Below, piece after piece: positions 63,585-64,000 of a stretch of 64,000 nt of DNA. The translations under genes were made by a program, and so were the position numbers. The stretch comes from Mobula birostris (taxonomy: Eukaryota), in assembly GCF_030028105.1 (NCBI RefSeq), contig NC_092380.1:1582088-1646087 (forward strand), in the 5' to 3' direction. Numbering within the stretch: position 1 is the first letter of the stretch; the number at the start of each line of letters is the position of its first letter. The notes beneath the pieces are model-generated. The model did not search any database. It had not been told where the DNA came from and saw nothing but the letters and a program-made list of their open reading frames with translations.

Positions 63585-63970
63585 GTGGGTGCAACGGTAG
63601 CATAGGGATTAGTACAACACTATTACAGCTCGGGGTGTTCCGGGTCCGGAGCTCAATTCAGCCGCCGCTCTGTAAGGAGTCCCACAGTGGAAGGCATGGG
63701 TTTCTCCCGGGCGCTTCGGTGTCCTCCAACAGTCCAAAGACGTACTGGTAGGTTAGTGTGTCATTGTAACAGAGATCCGTGATGAGGTTAAGACTTAATC
63801 GAGTTTGCCGGAAGTTACTGGGGTGGCGTGGCGCGAAGACCCGGAAGGGTCAGAAGGGCCGGAAGAGCCGGAAGGGCCGGAAGGGCCGGAGGGGCCGGAA
63901 GAGCCGGAAGAGCCGGAAGGGCTGGATGGGCCGGAAGAGCCGGAATGGCCTGTTGTGCACTGAAATTCTA
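63585..63970 (+). mobile_element. V-SINE-like element with internal 9-bp tandem expansion
   Basis: gggtttctcccgggcgcttcggtgtcctccaacagtccaaagacgtac core; (g.gccggaa)n at 63838-63946. Confidence 0.65.
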
Positions 63971-64000
63971 TGGCCGTAGTTAAGGGAAAATCCTGCCTGG

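Noticed and set aside
63779-63979. Protamine-like basic ORF (RKGRKS...)
   Set aside because: 9-bp tandem expansion within a SINE 3' end

Overview
Eukaryotic, repeat-rich vertebrate genomic DNA with one N-gap (6642-6834). The repeat families (CR1, Rex1/Babar, Penelope-type ends, V-SINEs) and the two-exon GPR139-like receptors suggest a cartilaginous fish, probably a ray; this is an inference. Spliced gene models reconstructed by hand: (1) a minus-strand first coding exon (5128-5239) under a CpG-island promoter packed with ZNF143/THAP11-type ACTACA motifs; (2) a 4-exon, 502-aa tyrosinase-family gene (7161-14367, +) with a signal peptide, all six copper-binding histidines and TYR-type intron positions, but ending without a transmembrane or melanosomal tail, so apparently a secreted phenoloxidase; (3) a 2-exon immunity-related GTPase (IRG, GKS class; 23272-26467, -) with an ISRE-like site and an atypical switch I; (4) two convergent GPR139-like GPCR genes, one pseudogene (40113-42339, +) and one intact (60283-61769, -). 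The rest is LINE fragments, solo LTRs, SINEs, DNA-transposon remnants, mini/microsatellites, a 4.3-kb local duplication and a 127-bp inverted repeat. The best candidate for new biology is the anchorless tyrosinase paralog. All family assignments come from motif recognition, not database searches.
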